A stretch of 38,320 nt of DNA from Octopus bimaculoides (GCF_001194135.2 NC_068982.1:94594720-94633039), one strand, 5' to 3'; numbered from the stretch's first letter, positions 11,715 to 23,582 are shown. A program made the numbers and translations. The notes: generated from the sequence alone by a model not told the origin.

Positions 11715-12170
11715 GAATCAATGTTTAAATTGACAAATGCGAAGCTTTACACAACAACTACGAAACCAATGGTTACAAAATTTGAACGCCCAAACTGTGG
11801 AACATGCCTCAACCTATTTGAAGGCTGGGATTTCCTTTTCAAACAAGGAGAGAGGTTCACGATTAAAACCAACTTCCCTCGTGTCTCTGAGAACGTAATT
11901 TATGTAATAACCTGCTCGGGTTGTGGACATCACTATATAGGACAGACGAGTATGACACTGAGACGTAGAACCACTCTACATAAAGAGCAGATCTGGTTTC
12001 CGCAATACAGACAAATTCTTTTAAGTGAACACATAGAGAAATGAGCAAGTAACATCAAACCAAAGTTCACAGTTTTCCCATTCTACCAGAACAAAGATAC
12101 ACTTTCATTACAAGGACGTTTCAATAAAGAAACTTTTTCATCGAAATATACGGAACATGTCTAATCATGC
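11715..12170 (+). mobile_element. PLE GIY-YIG endonuclease fragment (type with CxxC)
   Basis: RPNCGTC...NVIYVITCSGCGHHYIGQTSMTLRRRTTLHKEQI. The frame continues past the TGA at 12042-12044 as ASNIKPKFTVFPFYQ. Confidence 0.85.
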
Positions 12171-12267
12171 AAGCATAACCAAGTTTGATCTCTTTACATA
12201 TTTTAATTCACGATTATATACCCATCACTGTACATATTTCTCCCTACTAATCTAGTTTCCGAATTTT

Positions 12268-12324
<57 letters not shown>

Positions 12325-13199
12325 NNNNNNNNNNNNNNNNNNNNNNNNNNNNNNNNNNNNNNNNNNNNNNNNNNNNNNNNNNNNNNNNNNNNNNNNNNNN
12401 NNNNNNNNNNNNNNNNNNNNNNNNNNNNNNNNNNNNNNNNNNNNNNNNNNNNNNNNNNNNNNNNNNNNNNNNNNNNNNNNNNNNNNNNNNNNNNNNNNNN
12501 NNNNNNNNNNNNNNNNNNNNNNNNNNNNNNNNNNNNNNNNNNNNNNNNNNNNNNNNNNNNNNNNNNNNNNNNNNNNNNNNNNNNNNNNNNNNNNNNNNNN
12601 NNATATATATATAATATTTGTTCTAAAGTTTAAGTTCATTCAGTACATTGTTTCCTTTAGAAAATAGCCCTCATCCAAGAGACACCACTGAATAACTGCA
12701 AGACTTGGCGTTAGTTTATCATCCTTAGAACCCAAATAAAGAACTTCAACTTCTGCTGCTTACATATGAGAAGATGTGATGAAATATTTTATACTACCGA
12801 CTGGTTTTCTTTTCAGAAACTTTCGATATGGTGCTACCAGTTGTGTGAGACTTGCTCATTATACTCAAAGTTTTGTCGAAGATTCATCACGAATCATTTG
12901 CGTGTGAAGGATAAATGAAACATTATATCCTACGTCCGAGTAAAGTGAAATGTAGAAGTAGTTATTTTTTAAACTTATACAGGCACAGATTTTTAGAAGT
13001 GCAATTTGCGCTTCCTTGAGTTTCGAAAGTACTGGTTTCTGATTGAAGCACTAGACTAGCAACTGAGAGAAGAAATTTGTTGATACCACTGAAGCCAGTA
13101 CATCACTGGCTTCATCAGTATCGACTTGTCATAATGACCCAGGGAGTATGAAGAAAACAATTGCCCTTCATGTTATTTGAACTCAGGACGTAATAAATG

Positions 13200-13436
13200 T
13201 ACCGTCATGAGTCCCAGAATTTCTAGGGCCTAATACTCGGTTTCCATGACGTATAAATAACAGAGTTCTTAACATTCCCTCTGAACAGGACGCCAATCCA
13301 TCGAAGGCTTATGAACTTACGGCTAAGTGAACTGAATGTGAAATAAAGTGTTTTTCACAGGAACAGAACGTCCTATCCAGTATAGGAATCGAAACTGCGA
13401 TCTTGCGTGCAACACATTAACCACTAGACAACGCCT
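13200..13436 (-). mobile_element. Diverged tRNA/CORE SINE
   Basis: Minus strand: TTGTCTAGTGGTTA (A box), GTTTCGATTCC (B box) and CORE-like GTTCTGTTCCTGTGAAAAACACTTTATTTCAC. The head is colinear with the SINE at 32630. Confidence 0.7.
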
Positions 13437-13590
13437 TCATCAGACCGAAATGAGCCGAAAGAAATACTGCAAATCATTTTTTCGACACTCTCACGATTCT
13501 GGCAGCGAAATTACTATAGTGTTGCAGGTGTATAACTCAAAGCTATCGCGGTGAATTTTCAGTTTAATTTTTCTTAAATTTCCTGCCCAC

Positions 13591-13667
13591 CTTGAAACGT
13601 AGCACGAACAGACATGTTGCTAGTTTATTTCCATCACTGTCTCCGAACACGCCAGTTTGATCATTAG
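13591..13667 (-). CDS. Candidate host exon (77 nt), product unknown
   Basis: Acceptor TATCTTGTAG and donor AAG|GTGGGC. One open frame: (A)NDQTGVFGDSDGNKLATCLFVLRFK. No homology recognised. Confidence 0.2.
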
Positions 13668-13835
13668 CTACAAGATACAGTGGCAACAACTCAAGGTGAT
13701 ATATATTTCTCTGTTGGCGTGTACTTCTGTGTGTATATATGAATTGCACGAATATACAGGTGCAATATACGTATATATGTGGATATATTCACACACATAG
13801 TTATATGCATATATATATGCATATACATATATATA

Positions 13836-13878
<43 letters not shown>

Positions 13879-14019
13879 ATACATACATTCACACACATAC
13901 ATATTTTCATATATACATACATACGTACTTTCATCCATACATTCATACATACATACATACATACATACATACATACATACATACATACATACATAAATGA
14001 AGAGTCAACCGCTACATAC

Positions 14020-14133
14020 CAAATAGTATATTTTGTAAATATATGCAATGTCTTTTAACTGTTTAAGGTGCCTCTCTAGTTGTGAGCTTGGACACATATT
14101 TAGGTCTTCCACCATTTCCCTCGGCAGCATATT
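14020..14133 (-). CDS. Candidate host exon (114 nt, phase 0-0), product unknown
   Basis: Acceptor TCTCTAGTTGTCACTTTCAG and donor TTG|GTATGT. Only one frame is open: NMLPREMVEDLNMCPSSQLERHLKQLKDIAYIYKIYYL. Confidence 0.27.
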
Positions 14134-14469
14134 CTGAAAGTGACAACTAGAGAGGTGCAGAGCTGCACCCAGCAATCGGCTGGCACTTATTTTAAGCTCA
14201 GTAGAATGCAGTAAGCTGGAATTAAATGCATCGATGAAAGGCGGAATGCGTCGTCCCGTCCTTAAATGGAAACCGCGGAAATATGAGCCGAATACACTAT
14301 ATACTAGACCATCCCCTTTCATTGGTTTCATGTGTAAATGCGTGTGTGTGTGTGTGTGTGTGTATACACACACACATTATGTACATATATATACATATAT
14401 ATATGGAGAGAGAGAAAGAGATATATATATATATATAATGGACCAACGGTGTCTTACCACCCCAACAGT

Positions 14470-14916
14470 AAACTTCAACAGCAGAGCAGGTAAGGAAACC
14501 TGCAATCGTCGGGTTCCTCAACTATGCCCGCTTGGTGGCTTTTGTCTACGTAAAAATGTAGTCTACAAGTGTCATGTTATAACACCACGTTACCACAAAG
14601 CAAGGGTCAATATCGGTGTCATAGTTGATTTCAAGCGCCGCTACCATGCACACATGAACCCTTTCTCCAATCCAAATTCTAAATTATCAACCCCCTTAAC
14701 AAATTATGTACGCAACCTTATACCCTCTTCGGGTCCATAGTAAGTGAGGCTACCGCATACGATACAAATATCGGCATGTATAAATTATGTTTAAGAGAAT
14801 TCTTTAAAATTCTTCGCCTCCACAACTCCTCATTACTTAATAAATTCTCAGATGTAATATTGTCTTGTACACACAAGTTCTACTCATCATTCACACATTT
14901 TATTAAATCTATGTAA
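14470..14916 (+). mobile_element. PLE (Penelope-type) GIY-YIG endonuclease fragment
   Basis: CPLGGFCLRKNVVYKCHV...NIG...FKRRYHAHMNPFSN...STPLTNYVRNL, then after a frameshift IVSEATAY...KLCLREFFKIL...LLNKFSDVILSCTHK. This matches the Penelope endonuclease pattern CPLxGxCLxKNxVYKxxV/YIG/FKxRY/CxLCLxE/LNKRSE. Confidence 0.85.
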
Positions 14917-16181
14917 TCCTATAAATATAAGTATCCATACTCTCAATATTACCCATGAACTAAGACAAGGTGAGCCGTGCAACCTACTAACTCAACAAAT
15001 ACTACCCTCCTTATTAAACTATTCTTTCTCATACCTACCTCTCGAAATTCTTTAAAACCACTACGTCCCACTTCCCTCATAACCCTCCCACCTTCTTAAG
15101 TGGTTTCCTCTCATTTCTCCTCCTTACCAAAAGTACTTAATGTTACCCCGAATATTACCCCACTCCTTTCGATGCTAACCTGTTAACCTCTACCTTCTCC
15201 CTATTCACTTCACTTTATTAAATTTCATACACCTCTGCATACACATTTACTCACACTCCAGTACCAACCCAAATTCATTATCGCACTAACCACCGCTATA
15301 TCGACCACCAACACACACCCCACTTTGTCCATCCCCTCTATTCCTTCTCGTACGTCTTTACATACATTAGTAATCTCGGTCAGCCACTGAACTAGTCGCC
15401 TTACTTCCCTCAAATAATGGCCGTTCCCTTTTCTCACTGTCAATTCTATAGCTTTCATACAAACCTAACACAATAGACTACCTCTCACATACTACCTACC
15501 CCACCCTTCCTTCATCCTCCTACTTTCCACCTCTAATACTACTACTACTTACTAACCTCTTTATTAACTTATCACTTTTGAAATATCTTTTCTCCTCACA
15601 CTATTCCTTACCTTAATATCCCCTCCCCATTTCCACCCTCTAATGCATTTAGCTCTCCACTTTGAATCATTCCATCTTTGAACTTCTTTCCTTTAACATC
15701 TCAAATGCAAGATCTCATCTTATGATGAATCAATCTACGAGCATTATTATGGGCCACAGCTCCCCCAGAAACAGCTGTTGTATTTGTCATTGTTTTCCTT
15801 CACCTCTTTAATACTATATATCATTTGTACTCTGCATAATTTGGACTTTTTTATATGCATACATAAATTCATTTTTTTTGTATTTCGTGTATTTAATATA
15901 CTTTATATATTGATATGTCCAATTTGCTTACCACTACATTTACTTCTATATAAGTCTGCTCATGTTTAAATCTCTTGACCACTACTAAGTGTATTCTATA
16001 CAGGGAATATCTGGATCATATCTATGAACTACATATATGTTTGCATGTATATATATATATGTATACATTATAAATAAATATATATGGTAATAATATTAGG
16101 GAATAACAAATTTATTCCATCCTTACAGGCAAAAATATAATAGCGGGTTTCCTAATATATAATATATATGTATATAATGTG

Positions 16182-17078
16182 TATATAACTAATTTAGAGA
16201 CGAACCACCACTCTACAACTCAGTCAACTCAGAACACGTCCAAATCCATGCTGTGAGGCATATACCATTTTAATATATCTAAGATTTTAATCTAAAAATT
16301 TAAATTAAATAATATATTACATAAATAAATTATATAAATCATATAAATAAATCATAGAAATATTAATTAATTAATCTACAGTTACCAGCCGGCAGATAAG
16401 TCATGTTTTCTTATTTTAATTTTATAAACAATATTGACATCCGTCTTTTAATAACTTTATACACTAACACATTTTTTTACTATTATCTACTTATTCCATA
16501 ATGTTTTAAACTTGTTTATTATAATATTCTATTTCAATATTTTTAGATTGTAACTCTTAATAATTATATTAATACCGTTAATGTAGGGATTAGTTTACAG
16601 ATTTTGTCTCTTTATATATATTTTTTATTTCTCATGTTAATGTTTATTCCTTGAATGATTTTAGGTATTTTCTTATGGATTTGACCTGAAGAGTGACTGA
16701 TTTTGGAAGTAAAATCATTTCCACAATCTAATGAACTCGGATAGAATTTGCTTATGATTTTACATAGTCCTATTTCAGCCATGAAATGCGCGTAGTCTAT
16801 GTACTTGCACTAGCGTTTTACATTTATACTTCCATACTGTGTATTATCGTATTAATTTTGACTGTCCAATTTATAAATTTGACTTTTAAATTTTTAAAAA
16901 TTAATCTTTCTATGATTTATTTATATGATTCATATGATTTATTTATGTAATATATTATTTAATTTAAATTTTTAGATTAAAATCTTAGATATATTAAGAT
17001 GGTATACGCCCCTCAGCATGGATTTCGACGGGTGCTGTGTTGACTGAGTTGTAGAGTGGTGGCTCGTCTCTAAATTAG

Positions 17079-17085
<7 letters not shown>
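16182..17085. mobile_element. Fold-back element with 187-bp inverted arms enclosing an HHR; probable PLE pseudo-LTR inversion
   Basis: 16182-16368 vs the reverse complement of 16899-17085 is ungapped with 12 mismatches by my count (about 94%). The 530-nt spacer contains the HHR motif at 16683-16797. Confidence 0.8.
16683..16797 (+). ncRNA. Type I hammerhead ribozyme motif with large loop II
   Basis: GAC-CTGAAGA-GTGACTGA...(74 nt)...TCAGCCAT-GAAA-TGCGCGT-A-GTC. Stem I is GAC/GTC. Stem II pairs 7 of 8 including one G-U. Stem III is the near-palindrome ATGCGCGT and the cleavage triplet is GUA. Confidence 0.6.
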
Positions 17086-17112
<27 letters not shown>

Positions 17113-17250
17113 TTATACATATACGCATATGTATGAATATATATCTTTATCTCTCTCTCTTTTTCTGTGTGTATATATATATATATGTTTAGATAATAGA
17201 TAGATAGAGAGATTCATACATACATACATACATACATATATGTATGTATA

Positions 17251-17984
17251 TCTATAATACATTAAAAGTCAGATTGAAACTTGCTTGCTTGCTTGCAAAG
17301 TTACTCAGCCAAGCTGGCGCATAACGGAAAATGTTCCGAAAATAATCTTTATCCTGAAAAGGAAGAAACTCATATCTTTCTATTAGACTGAGTTGACAAC
17401 GAAAAAATTCTGTCTTTTTTATAGTAAATGTTTCGTTTGTCGCTTTTGTTAAACACGATATTGTAGCCATTTAGAAATATTGTTAAGTGAATGTGATTTC
17501 AAAAATTTGATTGTACAGTAAGTATTTATATTTTAGCTTTCTTTAAACAGACAATATTTTAATGCTTTTTTAGAAATTACTTTCAAGTGAAACCATTAGC
17601 AAAATTATTTTTGGTATATTTTTAAAAATGTTCTAAAATGAAAATGACATTAAAAATACGGTATTTCGTAAAAGACCCGTTCGTAACCTCAGTGCATTCA
17701 ACGTATCGCACCTCCAAATATCTGTTTGTTATTTCTAGCACGCCCTACTACCACGTAACAGCTTTTTGTGATAAAGGAATGGAAATACCTGTTACGTGGT
17801 GCAAGAAATAGCGCCCAAATCTTTCCTTTTCTAGGGAGCCGTTTACACGTGATTTCAATGTCAAGTTCGTTGAAAGCATGCGAAATAACCTGGTAAAGAA
17901 AAAGAAAGCCCCGAAATAAAATCCCGTTGCTGGAAAACTCAGAGTTTCCCGGTAACCCAATGGGTCATGGGTACTCTAATCTAG
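17251..17984 (+). mobile_element. Non-autonomous Helitron, both ends present
   Basis: Inserted between A17250 and T17985. The 5' end is TCTATAATACATTAAAAG followed by (CTTG)4 at 17280-17295. The 3' end has hairpin ACCCA...TGGGT (17955-17972), 8 nt, then CTAG. An internal inverted repeat CCACGTAACAG/CTGTTACGTGG lies at 17751-17799. No RepHel coding sequence. Confidence 0.72.
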
Positions 17985-18798
17985 TATGTGTGCGCGTGTG
18001 TGTGTGTGTGTATACCTACATATATTGATATATGCGCGAACAACCTATAATAAACAGAAATTTTGATATATTTACCTTACATGTACTTGGCCATCATCAC
18101 CACCTAACTCTTTTCATATTATCTTGAAAATGTATACATAGTACAATACGTTTTCTAGGAAGAAAGAAAATAAAAATCCGATGGAAATGTGTTAACTTGA
18201 AGGCCTTTACTAAAGGCTTGTTTAATTAGACATGACCGGGTTATAATGAACAATAACGACACCGACAGCAAAAACTACCACATCAACACGACAAATTTAT
18301 ATCGAAGTATTCTAAACAGATATCACCTTTGCAACATCATTACTTGTCTGCGCAACAGTGTGTATTCAAATTTAGAATATATCATAATTGCATTCCAATA
18401 TTTTATAAGAATGTATTAACTTCTTGTTTTGAAGGAGAATGTCAGACAGGATTATGAAATGCTGATAAAGCCAAATTAAGGCCGAAAAGCAATGCCCATA
18501 GCAGTCCCGCTTTTCCATAACAAAGGCTGCAAACTAATTAAATTTTGAATTTATTCTAAATTTCTTGAAATTATCTCTTCTCAATCAGAGTTGCTAAAAC
18601 TTGCCTCTAGGTTTTTGGTTTCTTTCTCTGTTAGGTGAAGGAATTCAAAAATAAATTAAGTATTTTCAATTATGCAAATTACTGTTAGCTAAAATTGTAT
18701 TATTCTCTTTGTGTATTTCCTAAACTATTTAAAACTAATAAGAAGCGAGATAAAACATTTCTATGCTGCTGTGGCCAAATCGAAACTAAAGTAGTGTT

Positions 18799-18981
18799 AC
18801 AGTTCTTTATTTAAGAGATGAGGATTTATGTACGTTATTTGCATTATTTACATTTGATGGATATTTGTCCTCATCTTGTTTGTTGATAACACAACGTTTC
18901 GGCTGATATACCCTCCAGCCTTCATCAGGTGTCTTGGGAGAAATTTCGAACCTGGATTCTCATTCCTAAGGCATTTAAGGA

Positions 18982-19014
<33 letters not shown>

Positions 19015-19130
19015 CATTATTATTATTTTAATAATAATAATAATAATTATTATTATTCAGGTCACTGCCTGGAATTGAACTCGGAATCTTGGGGTTAGTA
19101 GCTCGAGCTCTTAACCACTACGCCATATGC
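18799..19130 (-). mobile_element. tRNA-derived SINE carrying a minimal hammerhead ribozyme
   Basis: Minus strand: A box TGGCGTAGTGG (19125-19115), B box GAGTTCAATTCC (19082-19071), (AAT/ATT)n spacer at 18984-19057 and HHR at 18933-18888. Flanked by direct repeat AGTGTT (18793-18798 and 19131-19136). Confidence 0.88.
18888..18933 (-). ncRNA. Minimal type I hammerhead ribozyme (PLE type)
   Basis: GACAC-CTGATGA-A-GGCTG-GAGGGTATAT-CAGCC-GAAA-CGTT-GTGTT. The core is intact and stem II is 5 bp. Stem I is 5 bp with one G-U. Stem III is the palindrome ACGT and the cleavage triplet is GUU. Confidence 0.8.
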
Positions 19131-20145
19131 AGTGTTCTCGTTCATTTTAGCATGCTTTGTGAGTTTGACTATCCATATGACACAGAAGAATATTATATTT
19201 GGCTTCCAGACTGAATTCTTCATTATAACTACTACACCGAATCCCTAATAAATGTTTGAGAATGAACTCAGTGAAGGTGATACTTGTGATACAACACATG
19301 TACTAAACTCATCGTTCAGAGCAAATCGAATCTAATGGGAATAAAATGATCTTCTCAGAATATTATACTCGGTTTTCACTTCCAAACACTATTGAAATGT
19401 TGGCGATAATTAATAGGCTAATTCCTAGGCTAACTAATTGCCCAACGAAGAACGAAGAATCATGTGTTCAAACTTATATTCAAGAACAATGCAGAACTAA
19501 TACAACTAAATGAAAGCAAACCCAGCTGTCTTTGTCCGACTGTTTCCTTGTTGCTCTCTGAATGTATAATACTGTAACAAATCTACAAACAAGAAACCAC
19601 AAATGCCCAAATTCATATTCTCAGAAATTAGTTTCCATCGATGTGATTGAGAACAGATCGAGACCCATCTTCGAAAAGAAGATAGGTTTAGTTTTTCGGA
19701 TTAGCTCAACTTAAAGAAGAAACTCAAGTTTTGTTGTAGAAAAGTTCGACTGAGCTGTGTTTTTCGGTTGTTCGTTTCTGTTCATTAATTGACATGTAAG
19801 TGGCTGAGCATTTTACAGACAGATGTATATTCGCAGAATCAGCACGGCGTACTGAATGGTAGGGTCTATCTTTCGAATTACAGATACAATGCACTCCACG
19901 GACTTCTGTATACTTTTCACTCACAGGGTATGGTTCAATCCCAAACAATAGAATGTGACTCTTGGGCGAGAAACTAAGCATCATAGCTGGATCATTGAGT
20001 TCGCTTCTTAATGTACAGTGCATTTACTGTAGAAGTTTACTGTTGCTTTTGTAATAGTATTCTCTCTACAATCTTTCGACATGCCTAAATGATCTTTTCT
20101 TGGAGAATAGGAAAATACAAATTTCAGTCCATTTATTTGACTTAC

Positions 20146-20282
20146 AAAGCAGAAGGTATTATTCAATATTTCTGTCTTGCAATCTTCAAGTGGTACATTA
20201 TCAAAGTCAGCTGCGTTCCTGTGTTTTTATACTGCTTCAGTGAGTCCATTTAATACGTTATCACTGTTTGTTTTATTCAAAA
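20146..20282 (-). other. Exon-like segment with strong splice sites but one in-frame TAA
   Basis: Acceptor (T)12-AG and donor TTT|GTAAGT. Best frame: LNKTNSDNVLNGLTEAV*KHRNAADFDNVPLEDCKTEILNNTFCF. Confidence 0.2.
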
Positions 20283-20953
20283 CTAAAAAAAAAAAAGCGA
20301 TAAAGAAAATCTTTAGAGGATTACCGTGAATGTACAGGAAATATTTCTTCCACTTGTTTAGTCTTTGCAGTAGAATTGTCGGTTTTAGTTTGGACTTATT
20401 CGTATTTGCCATGCCAGAGAGGATTGTGAGTCTGCTGTTATATACACAATCAAATCCATTTTGCTTTCAAAATATTTTCAGAAATTTTTGTGATCAATAT
20501 AAACAATATTGTATTTAGGTACCGTAATGCATTTATGACTAAAGAAGAAATGTGTTACGTGGAGAAGGAGAAGAATTCTTTCTTAGACTTTCGTAAGATT
20601 AAAAGAAAACTGAACTATAGAAAATACATATGTAAATTTTTCTTTTAATGTGTATTTTAGATCTTAACTCTAATTTTTGCAACAATATTCCCTCGATCTG
20701 AAAATAAAAGAAATGAAGAAAAAAAAAGAAAATATATGCAAGTATGAGTGTACACAAATGCATCTATGCAATTACTGGAAAGAACAACAGACAGCATATT
20801 TCTAATGGAGACAGAAGTGAGGAGGCAATGTACATGACACACAAACCCATACACTCACGCACACACATATACGCACTCACAAACGTGTTTTCTATATACA
20901 TATACAAATTCACGCACGCTCATATACGCATATATTTACATGCATATGCATAT

Positions 20954-20986
<33 letters not shown>

Positions 20987-21387
20987 TATACATATATATA
21001 TATATATGCGTGTGTGCGTGTGCATACATATATTTACATACATGCATACATATGTATATATATTATATTTAAAAAATCCAATACAATGAAATTCTCAAAT
21101 AGCGAAAACGAAAGAAAAAAATCAATGAAATTATATACAAACGAGAGTTTATATGTATATTTTTACTTTGTATATCGGTGATAAAATTCGTTAATGAAAA
21201 TTCAGATGATGAGCTAGCTTAAATAACTCATCTGTTATTTTTTGAAGCACTAACACTGGAATGAAGAGGCTATAGTTTCCGCGGAATGTTTGTTTAATGA
21301 AACAATTAGCGTGGATTAAGAAGTTTAGCCAGGAAAGTTTATTATTTAAACGTCCAATATCTCTTTCTTTACTTTGAGTGTAAGAGA

Positions 21388-21603
21388 CTATCTCTCCGAA
21401 TGATTTAAGCTGGGGGAAACATTTGTATAATCGTGAACTTTAATGCAAATATTCAGTTTACGATTGGACCAACCGATGTAAGATCCGTCACATTTATTAT
21501 AAACGATACAGTACAGTACGAAGTCCACATTATTAACGAAACCGTTTACTAACGTGTAAACATTCTGCCTCTCTGGATCACTGGACAAAATGTGGCAGTT
21601 CAA
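21388..21603 (-). mobile_element. PLE GIY-YIG endonuclease fragment, highly decayed
   Basis: FVLYCIVYNKCDGSYIGWSNRKLNICIKVH resembles the pattern VVYxIxCxxCxxxYIGxTxRxLxxRxxEH. Confidence 0.7.
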
Positions 21604-23582
21604 TAATCAAAGTGAGGCAGTTTTAAGTAGGAAATGTCTTTTGAGTAATACAAGCAAGCTAATGTCTAGTAAAAATGTTGTGTAACTTTTGACCATTAGT
21701 ATCATTAGGCACGTCTAATTCCAGCTTGGTCTGCTTGTATAAACATACGAGTTGACTTCATGCGCCGGCAGTGTTGGCTTTGGTACAATACACCCCAGCA
21801 GGCCGTTCTGTAAAAATTAATAGTAACGGGTTCGTTCTCTGTGATTTTGAGTGGAAAATATCGAGCAGAGAGGAAGGAGGAAGGAGAAGGTGGAGGAGGG
21901 AGGGACTGAGAAAAGTGAGAGGGCGAATGAGAGAGAGACAAAGGGAGAGAAAAAGGTAGTGCCATCGGGATGTTCTGTGTCAAAGTCTATGCTTGTGGAC
22001 CTTGTGAAGTACATTATGCATGCTAATGGCCTTATTATCAATCAACGCGAGAATGTGACCTATATGTATCAAGGATATGCAGGAAAAGCAAGTGCTCTTC
22101 AACTATTACTTTTATGTAACGGCTAATAAGCACGAGGACTTGACTACTTAAGAAGCATTTAAGTATAAGCATATTTTATGCGTGCGTTTGCGTTATCTCT
22201 GTGTATTTATACATACACACATGCGCGCGCACACATACACATCCACACACACTCACATATACGTAGATAGATTACTAGATAGATAGACTGATTGATATAT
22301 ATATATATANNNNNNNNNNNNNNNNNNNNNNNNNNNNNNNNNNNNNNNNNNNNNNNNNNNNNNNNNNNNNNNNNNNNNNNNNNNNNNNNNNNNNNNNNNN
22401 NNNNNNNNNNNNNNNNNNNNNNNNNNNNNNNNNNNNNNNNNNNNNNNNNNNNNNNNNNNNNNNNNNNNNNNNNNNNNNNNNNNNNNNNNNNNNNNNNNNN
22501 NNNNNNNNNNNNNNNNNNNNNNNNNNNNNNNNNNNNNNNNNNNNNNNNNNNNNNNNNNNNNNNNNNNNNNNNNNNNNNNNNNNNNNNNNNNNNNNNNNNN
22601 NNNNNNNNNNNNNNNNNNNNNNNNNNNNNNNNNNNNNNNNNNNNNNNNNNNNNNNNNNNNNNNNNNNNNNNNNNNNNNNNNNNNNNNNNNNNNNNNNNNN
22701 NNNNNNNNNNNNNNNNNNNNNNNNNNNNNNNNNNNNNNNNNNNNNNNNNNNNNNNNNNNNNNNNNNNNNNNNNNNNNNNNNNNNNNNNNNNNNNNNNNNN
22801 NNNNNNNNNNNNNNNNNNNNNNNNNNNNNNNNNNNNNNNNNNNNNNNNNNNNNNNNNNNNNNNNNNNNNNNNNNNNNNNNNNNNNNNNNNNNNNNNNNNN
22901 NNNNNNNNNNNNNNNNNNNNNNNNNNNNNNNNNNNNNNNNNNNNNNNNNNNNNNNNNNNNNNNNNNNNNNNNNNNNNNNNNNNNNNNNNNNNNNNNNNNT
23001 TATGTCTGTGCGTGTCACGGATACCTCTATTATTAAGTAATAGCCCAGTATCTCGAAAAGTTCAACAAACACACACACACCTTTTTTAACCTTCACAGCA
23101 GATATTTCTCGTTGATTTACTCTTTCTGTCTTTCTCTTAGAGAGACAGGAAGATACAGAATCAATTAGATTTCATTCTCTCCCCACTCTCCCCCTCTCTC
23201 TCCCTCTCTTTCTCACTTTCACTATCCTTTTCTTTTTCTTTTTTTATACCTTGTTATACGACAGCATTAAGCTCTGATGTATGTAGTACATATATCAGTG
23301 TTTATATGTTTGACCAACTCTCACAAAATAATATCTATCTACTACTTAGGCTATATTTTCTTTTTCTACACACACACACACTCGCATACATACACTCAGT
23401 CACACACAAACAGACATTCACACTTCAAGACGTTCTCTCTCTCTCTCTCTCTTTCTCTCTCTCCCTCATTCGTTGTCCCTCCCTTTCTCACTCTATATTT
23501 CTATTTTACTCTCTCCCTCTTTCTCTGTTTTGTATTGTCTCGTCCTCCTAACGTTTTCCGTATTTATTTATTCTCACTCTCA

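Noticed and set aside
12042-12044. In-frame TGA at a probable Cys position in a PLE endonuclease (selenocysteine, as reported for some PLEs?)
   Set aside because: The copy is decayed, with a frameshift downstream and a probable lost Cys upstream. The endonuclease looks C-terminal and I see no SECIS. A nonsense mutation is the simpler explanation.
13082-13122. Hairpin TGAAGCCAGT-ACATC-ACTGGCTTCA next to a minus-strand CTGATGA
   Set aside because: There is no GAAA or stem III, and it lies at a decayed SINE tail.
14068-14210. + strand exon with good splice sites
   Set aside because: Stops in all three frames.
20191-20425. + strand two-exon join giving WYIIKVSCVPVFLYCFIFAVELSVLVWTYSYLPCQRG, superficially like Cys-loop receptor M1
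   Set aside because: All three frames of the first exon are open, the alignment to M1 needs gaps, no other receptor exons were found, and it overlaps the minus-strand candidate.
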